Assembly (NCBI GenBank): GCA_041483195.1
Contig: JBGPFC010000009.1
Span: 52,177 to 116,176, forward strand
Source of the DNA: Candidatus Eiseniibacteriota bacterium
GTDB lineage: Bacteria; Eisenbacteria; RBG-16-71-46
Length of the DNA: 64,000 bases
Direction: 5' to 3'
Part shown: positions 61,906-64,000 of the stretch, piece by piece
Layout: each line of letters begins with the position of its first letter
Numbering within the stretch: the first letter of the stretch is position 1
Position numbers and translations under genes: made by a program
The notes under the pieces: generated by a model
The model's input: the letters and a program-made list of their open reading frames with translations, nothing else
Database searches by the model: none
Told to the model about the DNA's origin: nothing

Positions 61906-62936
61906 GCGGACCTCCGCTCCAGGTGACCCTGCTGCGAATCGGTGCGGGCGGCGGCCATGAACAGTTCCTCGAGGCTCGCCCGCTGCGGCGTCACGGCGGT
62001 CACCTGCACCCCGGAGCGCAGCAACCACTGCAGCACCTCGCCGAGCGCCGTCGCGTCGCCGAGGATGAACTCGCTTTCCCCACCATGCTCGCGCCGCTCG
62101 ATGACTCCGCGCCACGGCACGGGAATTTCGAGCAGGGGCGCGCCCGGGCAGCGGATCTGTACGCGCTGCGGTCCGTCGTTCACCAGTTCGGTCACGGTCG
62201 CGACGCGCTGCAGCCGCCCGCGCATCACGATCGCGACGCGGTCGCAGAGCATTTCGACGTCGGGCAGGATGTGCGACGAGAACAGCACCGTCGCGCCGCG
62301 CGCCTGCTGCTCGACGATCAGCTCGCGGATGTCGCGGCGGCCGAAGGGGTCGAGGCCGCTCATCGGCTCGTCGAGGATCAGCAGTTCGGGATCGTGGATG
62401 AGCGCCGCGCCGAATCCGAGCCGCTGCAGCATGCCCTTGGAATACTTGCGCAGCACCAACTGCGGGCGATCGCTAAGACCCACGCGGCCCAGCCAGCGCG
62501 CCGCGCGCTGGCGTGCTTCGCGCCCGGAGATCCCGGACAGCGAAGCCGCGAGCTCGAGATACTCGAGCCCGTTGAGATAGTCGTAGAAGTAGGGTTGCTC
62601 TGGGAGGAATCCGATTCCGCGGCGGCTCTGCGTGTCTTCGATCGGTACGCCGTTCAGCCACGCGCGCCCGCGGGTCGGCTTGAGAAGCCCCGTCAGAAGT
62701 TTGAGCGTCGTGGTCTTGCCGGCGCCGTTGGGACCGAGGTATCCCATGACCTCGCCGCGGCGGACGTCGAGGTCGAGGTTCTCGAGCCCGGCGCTGACCT
62801 TGAGCGTCCAGGGGTTGCGGTAATGTTTCGAGAGCCCCCTGGCGCAGATCGCGAGATCGCGCTCGACCCCCGCGCCGTGGCCGGAGGGCTGCGCGGCCTT
62901 GAGCACGTGCTCGGGGCTGGGGGACGCGGTCTGCAT
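61902..62936 (-). CDS. ABC transporter ATP-binding protein (PilH-like)
   Basis: GPNGAGKTT, YSKGMLQR, LILDEP, SSH. Confidence 0.93.
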   Translation of the reverse strand: MQTASPSPEHVLKAAQPSGHGAGVERDLAICARGLSKHYRNPWTLKVSAGLENLDLDVRRGEVMGYLGPNGAGKTTTLKLLTGLLKPTRGRAWLNGVPIEDTQSRRGIGFLPEQPYFYDYLNGLEYLELAASLSGISGREARQRAARWLGRVGLSDRPQLVLRKYSKGMLQRLGFGAALIHDPELLILDEPMSGLDPFGRRDIRELIVEQQARGATVLFSSHILPDVEMLCDRVAIVMRGRLQRVATVTELVNDGPQRVQIRCPGAPLLEIPVPWRGVIERREHGGESEFILGDATALGEVLQWLLRSGVQVTAVTPQRASLEELFMAAARTDSQQGHLERRSA

Positions 62937-63036
62937 ATGCTCTCCTTCCGGATCGCTGAAGCGTGCAACGCCGGGGTGTGGACTCCGGGACGGGGTCGCC
63001 CCGCGCTGCGGAGCGCGGGTTGCCGTCGCCGTGCGT

Positions 63037-63052
63037 TGCAATGCACGTGCCG
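63037..63052 (-). promoter_or_regulatory. sigma54 (-24/-12) promoter upstream of the ABC/pil operon
   Basis: CGGCACGTGCATTGCA = GG-N10-GC. Confidence 0.65.
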
Positions 63053-63147
63053 CGAGGAACCTCGTGCTGCATCGTGCAATTTCGGTCCGCGACCGGCCGG
63101 GGCGGACAGAGGTTGGTCGCCGCGGTGGAACGAACTCGGCCGAGTCG

Positions 63148-63693
63148 TTACTGCCCGGTGGTCAGCACCAGCTTCAGCGTGTCACCGGAGGGGCCATTGG
63201 CCTTCAGCATGTAGCTGCTGATGGCCGCGGGATTGATCGCGAGCTCGCCCGGGGCACCCGACGTGGGATTGACGTTGAACTGTACGACCGACGGCGCCTT
63301 GGTAAATGGATTGAGAGGATACGCACCACCCGGGCAGAGCTGTGCCAGGGTCCTCCCGTCGGGAATCGTCGAGCCTGCGCCGACGGGATAGTACCCGTCG
63401 TTCAGGATCGAAAAGTCCTCGAGCACGAGCTGAATCGTGTGCATGTTGCTCTTGACCGAGCTCTCCTGAGCGCGGTGCTCCAATGAAACGAAGTTGGGAA
63501 TGGCGATCGCGGCCAGGATACCGATCACGACCACCACGATCATCAGCTCGATCAACGTGAAGCCGCGCCGGCTGGAATTCCTCATGGCGCTTCGCGGCGA
63601 TGATTCCTGCAGTGCCCGCCCTTCGCCGTACGGCAGGGCGCGCCCCGGGATCACTCCCCGGTGCCTCGCGGCTGCGTTCGCGCGAACTGTCAT
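63148..63693 (-). CDS. Type IVa prepilin (alternative start at 63585)
   Basis: RRG|FTLIELMIVVVVIGILAAIAIPNF class III signal; strong SD GGAGGGAG before ATG 63693. Confidence 0.92.
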   Translation of the reverse strand: MTVRANAAARHRGVIPGRALPYGEGRALQESSPRSAMRNSSRRGFTLIELMIVVVVIGILAAIAIPNFVSLEHRAQESSVKSNMHTIQLVLEDFSILNDGYYPVGAGSTIPDGRTLAQLCPGGAYPLNPFTKAPSVVQFNVNPTSGAPGELAINPAAISSYMLKANGPSGDTLKLVLTTGQ

Positions 63694-63869
63694 CCTAGCT
63701 CCCTCCCTCGCCGTGCGGCGTCTGTTCCAGATCCGACCGCCGGTTCGAGCCGGGATCCTGTCCCGACCGCGCCGGCCATTCGCCCGATCCCATCCGACCT
63801 TGCCTTGGAGTCGGAGCGAGGGCAGGAGAGCTTCTCCCGCCCTCGCCGTGACGGTGCACCAGACGATGC

Positions 63870-64000
63870 TTACTGACCCGCGCTCAGCACCAGCGACAGC
63901 GCCGCGGTCTTGCCGTAGCCCTTGATGTTGTAGGTCATGCCGTTCGCGGAGTCGGCGTAGCTCACGATACCCGGATTCGTCAGCGTCGGACCCGCCGCCG
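63870..64000 (-). CDS. 3' end of a probable second pilin (paralog of the adjacent pilin); not in ORF track
   Basis: Translates ...PGIVSYADSANGMTYNIKGYGKTAALSLVLSAGQ*, resembling PGELAIN...YMLKANG...LKLVLTTGQ* of the next gene; followed by a strong hairpin. Confidence 0.65.
   Translation of the reverse strand, partial: AAGPTLTNPGIVSYADSANGMTYNIKGYGKTAALSLVLSAGQ

Overview
This is a very GC-rich (roughly 70% by eye) bacterial core-genome segment from a diderm with LPS. Its gene content resembles Ca. Eisenbacteria/FCB-associated lineages, but that is inference only. Almost everything is on the minus strand. In transcription order (right to left): two tandem type IV pilins, a PilHI/Xap-like ABC transporter and TPR protein, pilMNOPQ, aroK, a LolB-like/LolA pair, then rsmD-coaD-pta-fmdB-(degenerate aconitase)-obgE-HEAT-dprA-lpxL-thioesterase. 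A lone plus-strand unit (DUF3467 + GH57 branching enzyme) follows. Next come a sigma54-preceded GAF histidine kinase lacking its phospho-His, tRNA-Phe, tRNA-Thr, glmM-glmS-ridA-selD(Sec)-(6S-like RNA)-tRNA-Sec, lepA-lepB-hemW-hrcA-grpE-dnaJ-rsmE and rpsU-cvpA-mutS2-dnaG-rpoD. The remainder is an ArnT-like glycosyltransferase, tRNA-Ile2, tRNA-Val, a zinc-ribbon protein, a membrane patatin, RNase H overlapping rnpB, recJ-rel-dtd-maf, rplM-rpsI-rpsB-tsf-pyrH-frr-uppS-cdsA-dxr and four LPS glycosyltransferases. I see no mobile element, CRISPR array or defence island. The best leads are two intact but catalytically eroded pseudoenzymes (aconitase fold, histidine kinase), a ~210-nt 6S-like RNA between a UGA-recoded selD and selC, an RNase H gene whose stop lies inside the RNase P RNA, several leaderless genes and a structured pilM leader.
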